A DNA stretch of 64,000 bases from contig CM120644.1 in assembly GCA_051362555.1 (NCBI GenBank), positions 2,488,954-2,552,953 on the forward strand. The letters are read 5' to 3'. Below, one piece after another: positions 1 through 12,143 of this stretch. A program made the position numbers and the translations under genes. Origin of the DNA: Lingula anatina (lineage: Eukaryota; Animalia; Brachiopoda). How positions within the stretch are numbered: position 1 is the first letter of the stretch; the number at the start of each line of letters is the position of its first letter. The notes under the pieces are model-generated. The model was given only the letters and a program-made list of their open reading frames with translations. It ran no database searches and was not told the DNA's origin.

Positions 1-2357
1 CAGGGATAGATCGATCTAAAATCTATGGGAATGGGGTCTAAGTTTCTGGCAATTATCTGCAGCCAAGCACAAATTAAGGGCCGCTAGTCTGTCCCTACCT
101 TAACAGCATTCAATGAAACGACTATTTCAACAGCTATCAGTTGCAGCAGAACTCTCGGATTGATGACCATTATTTCGATAAAAAATGTTCACCTTGTATG
201 GGTCTATAAAAACAAATGATGAACACTTAAGTCGAAAATACTTAAACATACAGTTAAGGTGAAACTGATTTTAACAATCAGTTTTCTCAGAGCTCGCTTT
301 CACAAGATACTAAATGTCCCAAAGTCAAGTTCATTTTAAAACTGATCACGCGCAGAGTTTGCTTGGAGCGTTACATTCGCTGCATACCATTGTATGTATT
401 ACTTACCAGACGATTCCCCTACTTTTCTAAATGTAGCCGTGTCTTTGCTGATATCTATTACCTGATGTCTGTTTACATCCAATACTGTATCACTGCTTTA
501 TGTCTGATAAAATAATCCTGTATTCCAATGTGCATCCCCTATTGCCCCTATCAATATTACAAGATGAACATTTCATTTATAAATGAAAACATAGGCGTTG
601 AGTAGTATATAGAAAGTCTGTGAGTTTACGAGTGCGACTGAAACAACGAGAGTCCCCGCAAAGTTGGATTGGTCTACGCAGACCGGCGGGGCTTACGAAA
701 TGTGGTCTCAGAAATGAAGCGGGAAAGCCTTGAAACCTTTGGAAAACAGAAAATGTTAAATTGTCTCATTGTCAGTTACTGGCTCAAAAAATGGCCTTTA
801 TATCATATCATTCATGTTTGAAGACGTTAAAGAATTCCATAAGTTATTTCCATCTTAGTCGATATCTTTAAAATGTCCTTAACGGGGGATATACCGCAAA
901 ACAATTAAAGGGAACGTTGGATACTTATATAGTATTTACTTTCAATGCCAATGTTTAATTTCTACTCATGAACATGTCTGCAAGTTTTCATCTTCTGAAC
1001 ATGTACACTTCTCCTATCCTGAAATTTGTCTTGAAATATGTGAAATATGAAATAGTGGTCAGCTCACTCTCTTATGACCAAACAAGTGCATTTGTACACG
1101 TTTATACGGTTGGAATCGATTCTCGGTAAAAAAAAATAAAAAAAGGACAAGAAAGTTTTCTTATGCGTTTTCATTGACTGTCAGTATATTTTGATAGAGG
1201 TTTAGTTATAACATTAAAATGAGAATATCATTTTCTTTAGTCTCCATCAGAGTCTTCACCCTAGATATACATGTACCGGCCATATATACAAACTAGACTG
1301 ATAAAAAAGGGGTGGACCTCCCCCCAGTGGTATCTTCTAAAGTTTTTAAGCATTACGTGACTGAACAATATTTTCAAGAGTTATGCAAAAAATTATTTGT
1401 CACAACACAGGCCAATTACAGCCTGCATAGAATGCACATAAGTTACTATAACTGAATATCTATACGCAACTCACAAAAATAGACACCAAATTACTTTCCA
1501 AGGTGAAATAGGAGTTTTGGCTTGCAAGTCACGTTTAAGGTGCGTTGCACCCGCAATTTTTGTATTATTATTCTTACACATACCACGGGACCTCCCAAAA
1601 TACCGAAAGGCGAGATTCATCGTGTCAATTTCGAGATAAGGGGATGTGGGGACTTGCCCCGGGGGCGGACTAGCACTGGCCCCCACTTGTCCCAAATTCA
1701 CGAGACAGCTGGGAATGTATCACATCTCGTGACAGTGCCTAATAAATATCTTACCTAATACCAGCCTTGCACAGCGTTGTACACGAGCAACCGTATACTA
1801 CTCTACATTCCACATCAGAGAGCAGACCGTCGCCGCACCGTGAGTAGAGTTACATTTTCGGGCAAAATTGAGGTTTATCCGTTGCACATTTCTAACCCCT
1901 TTAAAATCTGATAATTGAGTTGGACATGGCCGGCTGACTGCCTCAGATGTGGGATTTCTACTCATCCGATATGTGCTGTAGCAGGCCTACTTTACTATAT
2001 ATGCACGGTGTCCTTCAAATGTTGCGAATGCTGAACAAAATGTATATATCTTTCATATACTCATCTATTTTTCTGTTTTTTCTTCTTTCTCTAATATTAT
2101 TGAAAATTGCCCCTTTTAAATATATGTTTTTATTGCCACAGTTTAATGCACCCTTAGTCGTGCTTATAGTCTGCTTATACCCTCCGCCTCTCCGGTATAC
2201 AAATCTGATCCTGCTTCAAATGCATTGTACATCTGTATAGACATGCTTAATTGACGTTTTGACCTAGAATTCAGTCGCCTGAGGAAGCAAATCTACAATG
2301 GGATGTCAAAGATAAAGTTGTTGATGTGTAAGATTATGTTATATATATATATATATA

Positions 2358-3734
2358 CACTGGACAAAAGAAGTGTCACCCCCTAACTCAGAGTAGTGAA
2401 AGTAGGCAGATCTTGGGTACTTATAATGCCTGGTCTACTTATAATGTGACTAATGAGTATAAAACCGCTATACCATGGAATTGTATTGTTGGTCTTGTGA
2501 ATGTACAGCAAATGTTATTCCTGTCTTCCTCCAGTATGGCAAGATACAGGTAATTATCCAACGGTTATAGGTGCAAGTTATTAACCTGAAGAGGCGGAAT
2601 ATAAGCAATGTCAGAATATCGATACAATTGAATTGTTCAGTCAGAACCGTGCACAGGGTCTGGTCTCGGTATAGAAACACTGGATCAAGAGACAGATTGC
2701 CTCTGAAGGGTCGTCCAAGAAAAAATACTGGCCGTGAAGACCGACGACTGATTTTGATGTCCAGGTTGTTCGACACTGCTTGTCAGTTGACAACACAGTG
2801 GAACAATTTCACACATAAGAATTTGTCTGTGAAAATTGCTAGGCGTCGGTTACATGCTCAGAGAGTGTACAGCAGGGTAGCAAGACTGAAACCTCTTATA
2901 TCGTTACAAAACAGGCAACGTAGAGTAAACTAGGGTCAACAGGATCTGGAACTGGACAGTTCATGACAATTGGTCCTATATATTTTTTTCTGATGAGTGT
3001 CGCTTTGGTCTGACCTCTGATGACAGACGGGCACTATGCTGGCAAACTGCTGGTAAAGCATTTGAACCACATGCACTGAATTTTCGAAACCGGAGCAGCA
3101 TATTCATCATGGTGTGGGGCTGCATCAGCATTCATGGCTTGGGCGAATTGATAGTGGTTAATGGAAACATGAATCACTAGAAATATATCGATGTTTTGGA
3201 GTCAGGCTTGCTACCATCTATTACTAACATGTTTGGTGAAAGGAATTATCCATCTGTTCACCAGGATGACAATGCTCCATGTCACAGGCCCAGAGCAGTT
3301 GATGTTTGGTTTGACCAACAGGACATTCGCAGGGTGATGTGGCCTGCCCAGAGTCCGGATACAAACATAATAGAAAATGTGTGGAATGATATGTCAAAAC
3401 TTTTTAGAAATGCCCGTCTAACCAGCAGAGAAACTCTGTTATATTCAGTGTTTCATGCTTGGGCCAGCATAAGCCCTGAACGCATCAGACAATTAAATGA
3501 ATCCTTGCTTCGTAGACTGGCACCTATTATTAGGTCACGTGGCTATGCCACTCAGTACTAATTTTGGACTTGAAACTACACATTTTGGTAGAATGTATAT
3601 TTTGTTCTTATTTTGTGTTTTTTTTTTTGTGAAATTTGATGTTAATAAAATGATACCAGGAGCATATCATTCCACAGTCATTTATCTCCCCCATAGTATT
3701 AGCTCAGTAGGGGTGACACTTCTTTTGTCCAGTG
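2358..3734 (+). mobile_element. Tc1/mariner (Tc1, DD34E) DNA transposon, inactive
   Basis: 25-bp perfect TIRs CACTGGACAAAAGAAGTGTCACCCC (2358-2382) and its reverse complement (3710-3734). Inserted in a (TA)n tract. Transposase remnant lies inside. Confidence 0.95.
2536..3561 (+). pseudogene. Tc1-family transposase pseudogene
   Basis: N-terminal HTH ending in GRPRK, then W..IFFSDECRF, MVWGCIS.HG.G, QDDNAPCH and WPAQSPDTNIIENVW, with 34 residues between the 2nd D and E. Interrupted by in-frame stops (e.g. TAG 2931-2933, TAG 3178-3180) and frameshifts. Confidence 0.93.
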
Positions 3735-4154
3735 TGTGTATATATATATATAATGTACTTCCGCTGCTTTTAAACTCATGGGAGACAAAAGGGTAGAAAC
3801 GAAGAAGAAAATTCCCCATGTCACCTCAAAATTTCATCCTTCAAAGGACGCTAATGATCGACCAAGGGTGACGCGTGATGGACGTAACGGGAAAGAAGCA
3901 TCGCCCGAATACACAGAGAATCCATTACGTGGCGAACACAGACGTGGCGACAACTGGATATCCATTTTCCAACCACAGAGGTTCTTAAATTAAACCTCCT
4001 TCCCTACTCCTTTGAGAGACAAACCTCCTCCGTGAACTTTGCGTGCTTGATTATGATATCAAATGTTACAATTGCTCCTATTCTTGGTGTAATTAAAATC
4101 AACGAACACGATTTTAGGAAAAATATGCTCAATTTGATTTCAGAATTATACAAA

Positions 4155-6570
4155 ATGTCCACAACACGGCAGGAAGAAATATGGACTATGGTCAAAGGAG
4201 TAAATGCGGCGACTAACAATGTGGGAAAGAGCTTGAACCTCTACCGTCAGTGGGCACCAAACTTTGACCAAGATAATGCGGTAATAAAAGCAATTCTTTA
4301 TACATTTTGTATACGCCTTTCTGGTTATTAAAAACAAGTATGGTGCATGTACCGTACGAATAAACATGTTTACCACTGCATAGAAATGACGAAGATATCT
4401 TTCTATGGTGTGACAGGAATGGTGGTCCTCTAAGAACCGCAATCCGTTCCCCATTACTTTGTTCAGGCGAAATCTTTCAATATGCTGAGCCCAATACGAC
4501 CAATCCTAATTTGAACCAATCGGATGGGACACGGGACTTCCATTTATAGAACTACCATTCCTGTCACAACGGGAAACATGAAGAACTGTGCAGTGTACGT
4601 CACGTAGGCGAAACTGAGCATATACCGCGAGTAATGGTTTATTGGAAAATCCATTAAATAAAGATATTAAGGTTAAGGTCGATGGCGTAAACATTAGATT
4701 TCAAGTATTATCCCGAGAAAATACATATATGTGTATATGTTTATCCTCATAAAAGGCTGTCGGAGCCCATTGTTAGTAGAAAAACGCCATGAAATTGGTA
4801 CTTTCACTTTCATAGGACATTCAATACAACGGACCAAAATTTACTGCCCGGACAATAGACGAACTGTTTGGAGAAAACAAAGATGCTTTGATTCTGGACG
4901 CAGGGGCAGGAACTGGTTTGGTGGGGGAAGAGGTATGAGCAAGATTCTACTATGAAGTATTTATTAGTACAGTATTAGATTTATAAGTAGATTCATTTAA
5001 TTTCCCTGGTAACATTTTACCTGTCTTTTCTTATTTTTGTTAAATTATTTCTTCAATCTCTCATAAGCAGCTTGTCAATTTACTTTCAACTTTAAGTGGC
5101 GGATTCTTTCAAACTACGAACACTGAATTGTTGGAATGCATTTCACTGATTTTTCTTGACAGCTGCAGAATCTGGGATTCACAAACCTGGTGGCTCTAGA
5201 CGGAAGTCAGGAGATGTTAGATGTAGCCAATAAGAAAAGAGTTTACAAGAGCAGTATTTGCAGTTTGCTAGGGCCTGACAGACTGGATGTTGATTCAGGT
5301 GATTCACGATGCGACAGTTTGTCTTTACTGCTTATAAATGCAAGAATCTATAGAGCATTAAAATGCATACATTGTTCGGTAGAATTTCTTACAGCAGAGT
5401 ATTCAAAATTCACATAGAAATTCCAGCAATTTCTGTTGTAAAACTGTTATAAAAATGCAGTCTATTAACATGGTTTCCAGTTGGTAATAATTATTTTTAT
5501 TGTCACGGGTACTGTGAAGCACATGCGTCTCCATCTCACCACTCCTACTACCGCACAAGGGAAGAGGCTCAAAATTTTAAAATCTGTGAATCGAGTAATT
5601 AGACCATAACTTTACCAATGGTTTGGGGCAGCGTGGGCTTACATCTTGATGATAAAGAGGAATATGTTGAAATGTCAATGAAAGTTCAATTTCCGATAAA
5701 TGTGAATGCCCAATGCATCTTGCGTGACTTTAATGTTATTTGTATAGGCACATCAGAGATAGCTATAGACTTTCAAAGTGTAAAATGTGGCCAATGTTCA
5801 TGTCTCGTCTTGGGGTCATATTTTCTTACCTTACATTGTAGTTTGAAACGACAAATGGAAACAGTGTCATGCAACGGGTTTCAGATATTGATGTCGAGTT
5901 TCTTTCCTGTCACACCACTATAAACGTAAAAAATCTCATTCTTCGTGTTCGGTTCTTTGGAGGAAAAGGTTCATTAATACATACCTATTTATTGTTTCCA
6001 GGACAGTATGACTGCGTGGTGTGTGTTGGTACTATGGCAGCAGGCCACGCCAATGCTGGTTGCCTTCCAGAACTGATTCGGATCACTAAGTCTGGTATGT
6101 AAGGAGATATAGTCCTCGAAAAAGTAGTTAAGGTTAAGCTTTTTATTAAACTTCATATTTGTAAACTCCATATTTGTAAGTGGTCCTTACCTTTTCTGGA
6201 TCATTAATTTTTAAATTAATGATAGCATTAAGTGATAGCACGTAGCTACTTCTTCATTTTTTAAACTTAAAAGTTTAAAAAATGAAGAGGTAGCTACGTG
6301 CTATCACTTAATGTGATAGGGTTTTAATTAAAAGCACATCCAGTCAATTGCTGCGAATCATGTTGCATTGCTTTCTGTACAGGTGGCTATGTTGTCATAG
6401 CGATGAGAGAGATACACATTCCAGATTGTGGATATGACGGCAAGAGTTGGGACGACTGGCTGAAGATTCACGAAGACAACGGGCTATGGAAGAAAGTAGA
6501 TATTAGAAATGTTGAAAATTGGCTTTCCGGTGTTTATGTGGGCGTCATTTACGTGTACCAGGTTATATAA
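4155..6570 (+). CDS. METTL27: METTL27/WBSCR27-like class I SAM-dependent methyltransferase, paralogue 1 (219 aa)
   Basis: Exons 4155-4280, 4816-4932, 5163-5298, 6002-6094, 6383-6570, all GT-AG, total 660 nt in frame. Motifs LYRQWAPNFDQD, motif I ILDAGAGTGLVG, ALDGSQEML, YDCVVCVG, LPELIRITKSGGY match the METTL27 family. Confidence 0.9.
6226..6313. repeat. 88-bp near-perfect palindrome in intron 4 of paralogue 1
   Basis: CATTAAGTGATAGCACGTAGCTACTTCTTCATTTTTTAAACTT-AA-AAGTTTAAAAAATGAAGAGGTAGCTACGTGCTATCACTTAATG. 43-bp arms with one mismatch. Confidence 0.95.
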
Positions 6571-6945
6571 TGGTAACCTTGTGCACGTTTCCCGTCATTT
6601 AAATAGTTATTTATCAATTTTATCTCGGAATGGCTAGTGCATTTGCAAGTCATTTGGTTAATTTATAGATACTTAGATATAAATATGGTTCCATTGGAAA
6701 AAAACTATCACACTCATATACATACATGTATAATTGATCACCTGTGAGCAGCCATCGCCTGGAATTAAAAGTATCCCACTACGTTTATAGAACAGATAAT
6801 GTAGAGAAACACCTCATGTACCTGTCAGAAAGAAATTAATACAATCGATTTAAAGCAAGCCCATCTGTATTGAATATCCTAGCTGCGTGCAGCAGGCTAA
6901 AATTTCAGAAATCTAGTGGCGCCAGTCCTGAATTTCTTCCTAGAC

Positions 6946-6979
<34 letters not shown>

Positions 6980-8709
6980 GTAGCTCAGTAGGTCAATGTT
7001 AAAGTGGCAGTTAGTCAGTACTTAATTTATAAAATAAACATCATACGCATGCTTTACTTTAAAATTAATCTTGAAGCTTTGGAAGGCAGTAATCAAATTA
7101 ATAGAGAACAACCCGCCAGCTTTTGTTCAAACTAAGCTTTTAAAATCTGTGATCCCGTATTTGAATGTACATCCCCTATAGTCGGTAAATTTACAAGTTG
7201 AACACATTTGACTTTAAATGTAATCAAGGCCTGTCGAATAAGTCTTAAATAAATAAATCTGTCCTTGCATAGTGTTAAACCATGCGAGAACCTGCATCTG
7301 GCGAGAAACCAGTAGAGCTAGACAAGGTGATCTAATTATGTCAGAGCTTAGCAATCAATAGCAACGCATGGGCATAAACTAAATAAAAAGAGACACCCTA
7401 TGTTGTTAAATATCTTTTGTGGATTGTAGGTGTGATGTGATTGTCACTTTTCAATTTTAAAACAGACATCAATATTTTGAATACACTGTAGACGTTTCAG
7501 CTTATCTTGATTTCTCAGTTGAAAAAAATATACAAAGAAATTGTCAAAATATTCATTGAAATAAAACCAAGATAACACAAACCTTTGAAAATCGTGTGTA
7601 TTTGATCCGTGGACTAGTTAGTCCGCTCCCGTGAAAGCGACCAAAAAGGCAGTCCCCTTGACTCTCTGTGTAGATACTCAGTGTCTGTGCTCTACTTTCA
7701 ATTGTCAGAAAGGTATTAATACGCATATTGTATCACAATTCAACGTGAAAAGGCGATGGCAATAACAGGCACAGTGCAGTGCAGAGCGTCAAGGTTGGAG
7801 CATCGTTTATGCAGGTGAGTGAACAGTTGTGAAAAAAAATCTAATTTTCAAATCACGGCAGGTACTGTGAATTTCCTATCATGATTAGAATAGAGAGTTT
7901 CTTTGTGATATCCCAGGACTATTTATGTTTTTATATAATGGACATGGTTTTAAACGAAAACATTTATTTCACACGGGCTGTACATTTTTGCATTTTCACA
8001 AGAAAAGTCATTGCAAAATCTGAATCCTTCGGAAGATACTTAAACGTCTTTGAATGGCAAGAGCATTACCATATTATATTTACTCCTTAAGCACGAGGCT
8101 TATACAGTACGTGTAAAATGTGTTCATCTGACATGCGTTCAACACTCACGATGGATCCAAAGACCGTTTGGTTACATTAAGCTGTGTCGTGTCTGGCATA
8201 AGTAAAAGATTGGAACAGCCAAACTTCGATTTATGACGATGACATTTTTAGCCTTAATTATAGTTTTAATTCAGTAAATGTGTGCATTTTCATGCTCTAA
8301 TCCTATTGCAATAGCCAGTAGAGGGGTATCTTGAATTGAAACTCCATCATTGCGCATCTCGATTTGACCTCATAACAGTCTCAGTGCAGACAGCAGCTGC
8401 ATTAGACGCATTTATGATCGTTCCTATGAAACAGAAAAAAGCATTCAAGATTATTGCAAGTAAGTGATGATATTCAGTGTTAGTATTCGTACATTAATTC
8501 GTTTAAGACTCGGAACCCCTAAGATCAATGCGTGATCATCATCTTTGTTTTTTGTTGGAATACATGTGCTGTTAGTGGTAGTAATGTTCGTCCTCTCTCC
8601 TGTCCAGAGAGCTCACCTCAGCTGAAGACTCTAAAAAGATGTTGCGTAAATAAGACGCTTTTATACTGAAAGAAATTATTAACGTAATGATGATTAGTAG
8701 GGCATATGA

Positions 8710-8853
8710 CATCGGGACAACGTTGGCAGTCAAACCTTCAGAAATCCAACATTGGCACCACATGCCTACGGTTGGACAAAAGACGTGGGTCCAACGTCGG
8801 CTGGTTAACTAGCCGACGTTATGCTAACGTCTGTACAGCGTTGTGCCGATGGG
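8710..8853. mobile_element. Small degenerate MITE-like element with CCAACGTTG-type subrepeats
   Basis: Ends CATCGGGACAACGTTG / CAGCGTTGTGCCGATG are imperfect inverted repeats. Internal palindrome AACGTCGGCT-GGTTAACT-AGCCGACGTT. Confidence 0.5.
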
Positions 8854-8884
8854 TAAAGCCTCGGGCACAACCGGACGCACGAAT

Positions 8885-9022
8885 TTCAGGATAGTACGTC
8901 CCCTGCGATTTTTGGGACATCTCATGTGGCCCTAGCGTCTCGCAAGACAGATTTTCCTCTACCTCTACGACCTCCACGGCCTCCGTAACACCCGAAAATC
9001 GCAGGGGACGTACGATCCTGAA
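8885..9022. mobile_element. Small MITE/hairpin
   Basis: About 28-bp inverted repeats TTCAGGATAGTACGTCCCCTGCGATTTT ... AAAATCGCAGGGGACGTACGATCCTGAA. Confidence 0.7.
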
Positions 9023-9031
9023 TATCGTTCT

Positions 9032-9413
9032 ATCGTTTGGTTGCTATTTCCGAGACATTGAGCATTTTTCAATATGGTCGTCAATTTATGAGGAAATATA
9101 GAAAAACGACCACAAGTTGCAGGGTAACCTTTATTGACAGCTTTTTTTGAACGTGTATCCTATCAGGAGAGCACAACAGTACTATTGAATACACTTAAGC
9201 ACGTAAATGTTTTGTTTTGACTGCCATTTTGGCTTTTTTACTATATTTTAAGTGTATTCACTAGTCTTGCTGTGCTCTCCTAATAGGATAAACATTTAAA
9301 GAAGCTCTTAATAAAGTTTACCCTGGGACTTCTGATCGTTTTTCTATTTTTCCTCATAAATTGAGGGCCATATTGAAAAATGCTCAATGTTTTGGAAATA
9401 GCAACCAAGCTTA
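9032..9413. mobile_element. Foldback MITE with ~160-bp inverted arms
   Basis: TTGGTTGCTATTTCCGAGACATTGAGCATTTTTCAATATGG... is mirrored by ...CCATATTGAAAAATGCTCAATGTTTTGGAAATAGCAACCAA. Arms align inward to about 9200/9250. Confidence 0.85.
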
Positions 9414-9880
9414 TTTTGCTTCTCTCGACCTGAAGAATGCATTTCAGCAAATAAAAAAATGTTTACATGAAAAAACATTGCAGGATAAGCGTTCTGGCTA
9501 CTTGACTACTCCGCTAAGAAACCGTACGAAAAGGGTATTACGGGCAGTAAACTTGCACCGTGCGGGCATTGCATTTCAAATGTAATCTAGGCTTTACGTG
9601 ACAAACACAGATCAACCACTGTATATCCATTCTGCAACCACGGAGAATCTATATAAAGCCTCCTTCCTGCCTCCCTTGAGAGACTAACCTCCTCCACTAC
9701 ATTTGTGTCATTGAATAGTTTAAACTTTACAGAGACTACGTGTTTTTCAACCCCTCAATATCATATCAATCCCTCAATATATTTGTCGCTAGGCGATTCT
9801 TTGTGTTTTTTCTTTTTTAATCAACGAACACGAATTTTAGAGAAAAATTTATGTGTAATTTAATTTCAGAATTATATAAA

Positions 9881-12143
9881 ATGTCCACGACACGCCAAAT
9901 AGATATTTGGGATGCAGAAACAAGTCAGAACTCCTACGGTCAATACCGGGCGCAATACTATGACCAATCAAGTTTGGTAATAAAAGCATTTTTTAAACAT
10001 TTTGTATAGGCCTTTCTGGCAATGGACGCACAATTGTGGTGCAATAGGGGGTACCGGAGGAAATCAGCATTGGTCAGAATTGTGCCGGAAGTGTGACGTC
10101 AAGTGGTGTAAGACGCGATGCTGAGTGGTCATTTTTTAGCTGGAGGTGAACGGTAGAGAAAACGTGGACTCGGAGAAAAAAGCAGTTTTTCAAACAACAT
10201 GGTAAGATAACATTTCGTCTTTACGCATTTTGGACAGAGAATACTTGTAGAAACAATAGGCACATGATATGAAAACGTGTCACGAAATGTGCAAAATCGT
10301 GCTTAATTTGACAACTTGTTTTGAAATACATGCTGCATCGATCGCCAGCGCGACAAAGAGAGTAAAGGGAAAAGAATTCCCGGGAGGCAATAAATTGTTG
10401 TCATGTGGAATTTTGACATTAATATAATCTGATATGTCTATATCTAAGAATTATTTACGTGATGTTAGAATAACTGCTCTTTTCTCCAAGCCCACGCCTT
10501 CATTCCCATTTACCTCCAGCTAAAAATGACCACTCAGCTTTACGTCTTACACTATTTCACGTCACTTCCGACACAATTTGGACCAATGCTGATCTCCTCC
10601 GGTACCCCTTATTGTACACATATTTGCCACTGTATGGAAATGATAAAGGTATGTTTCGATGACGGCAGAGTTCTCTAGGTTAGGGAGGCGAACCTGAGCA
10701 TATACCGCGTGTAATGATCCACTGGAAAACTAATAAAAGGAACAGTATACTCCTGTGATAATACATGTAACATATACTGTATATTGATAATTTCTAAAGG
10801 AATTTTATGTAATTAAAAAATTCATGATTTTGGAACTTTCACTCTCACAGGTCAATCACTACTATGGCCCAAAATTTACTGCCCAGAAAATAAACGAACT
10901 GTTCGGAGAAAACAAAGATGTTTTGATACTGGACGCGGGGGCGGGGACCGGTTTGGTCGGGAAAGAGGTATGAACAAGATCCTGCTTTTACTTCTTTACC
11001 TTATCTTTTCCCGGGTAACATTTTAGCAGCTTATATGATTTCTTCATTTTTCCCTCATAAGCAGCTGGTCAATTTTACCTTCATGTTTTAAAGGCGATTG
11101 CCTTCAAACTACGAACGTTGAATTATTCTACAGCAGCTTATAACTTTTATTGACAGCTTCAGAATCTAGGATTCACAAACCTAGAGGCTCTAGACGGAAG
11201 TCAGTACATGTTAGATGTAGCCAATCAGAAAGGAATTTACAAGAGAAGTATTTGCAGTTTGTTAGGGCCGAACAGGTTGGATATTGATCCAGGTGATTCA
11301 CGGTGCGATAATTCGTATTTACTGCTTATAAATGCTAGCATATAAAAGACAATTAAAGGCATACAGTATGCAGTAGAACTTTATTTAGAGCAGAGTAATT
11401 AATGTTCTGGTATCATGTGTCATGGAGGACCACATGCTAATGATGTTGACGCTCAACTGCAGTCTATATGATTGATCGATTGATTGATTAAAGAACTTTT
11501 GACGCCTTCGTTTACCTGTCACACTACCAAAATCGTAAAAAATCTTATAGTTCGTAATCATCGGCCGTTTGTAGAACATCGTGATAAAAACACCTACCTG
11601 CTTTAAAAAGCAAAGTCAGTTTTTTGTTTGCAGGACAGTATGAATGTGTGGTGTGTGTTGGTACAATGGCGGCGGACCACGCCAATGCTGGTTGCCTTCC
11701 AGAACTGATACGGATCACAAAGTCTGGTATGTTAGGGGGCATATGCTACTAGATGGTAGTTTTGGTTATGTTGTATATTTGTGTACCAAGTGGTCCACAC
11801 CCGTCCTGGATAATTGATTTTCAAATTGATTCTTAAAAATTTGGAAAACAGAATGTAGCTGCATCCTTACACTACTGTGAGTCATACTTTTTAAATAAAA
11901 ATCACATCCATGCAGTCAATTGATGTGAGTCAGGCTGCAAATACTCTCTCTACAGGTGGCTATGTTGTCATAGCAACGAGGGAGGGGCTCATTCCAGAAT
12001 GTGGTTATGACGGCAAGAGCTGGGACGACTGGCTGAATATCCACGAAGACAACGGACTGTGGAAGAAAGTAGAGATTAAGAAGGTGGAAAATTGGCTGGC
12101 CGGTATTTATGTGGGTGTTATATACGTGTACCAGGTTATATAA
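9881..12143 (+). CDS. METTL27: METTL27/WBSCR27-like methyltransferase, paralogue 2 (209 aa, shortened exon 1)
   Basis: Exons 9881-9976, 10851-10967, 11157-11292, 11634-11726, 11956-12143, all GT-AG, total 630 nt in frame. ILDAGAGTGLVG intact. Exon 1 is 30 nt shorter than in the other two copies. Confidence 0.85.
10042..10614. mobile_element. MITE with ~150-bp TIRs in intron 1 of paralogue 2
   Basis: CAATAGGGGGTACCGGAGGAAATCAGCATTGGTC...GCTGAGTGGTCATTTTTTAGCTGGAGGT is mirrored at 10470-10614. Absent from the alignable intron 1 of paralogue 1 (TGGTGCATGTAC near 4341-4352). Confidence 0.88.

Noticed and set aside
905-1905. Possible Kolobok-type element (TTAAAGG...CCTTTAA)
   Set aside because: The ends do not form a convincing TIR beyond about 8 bp.
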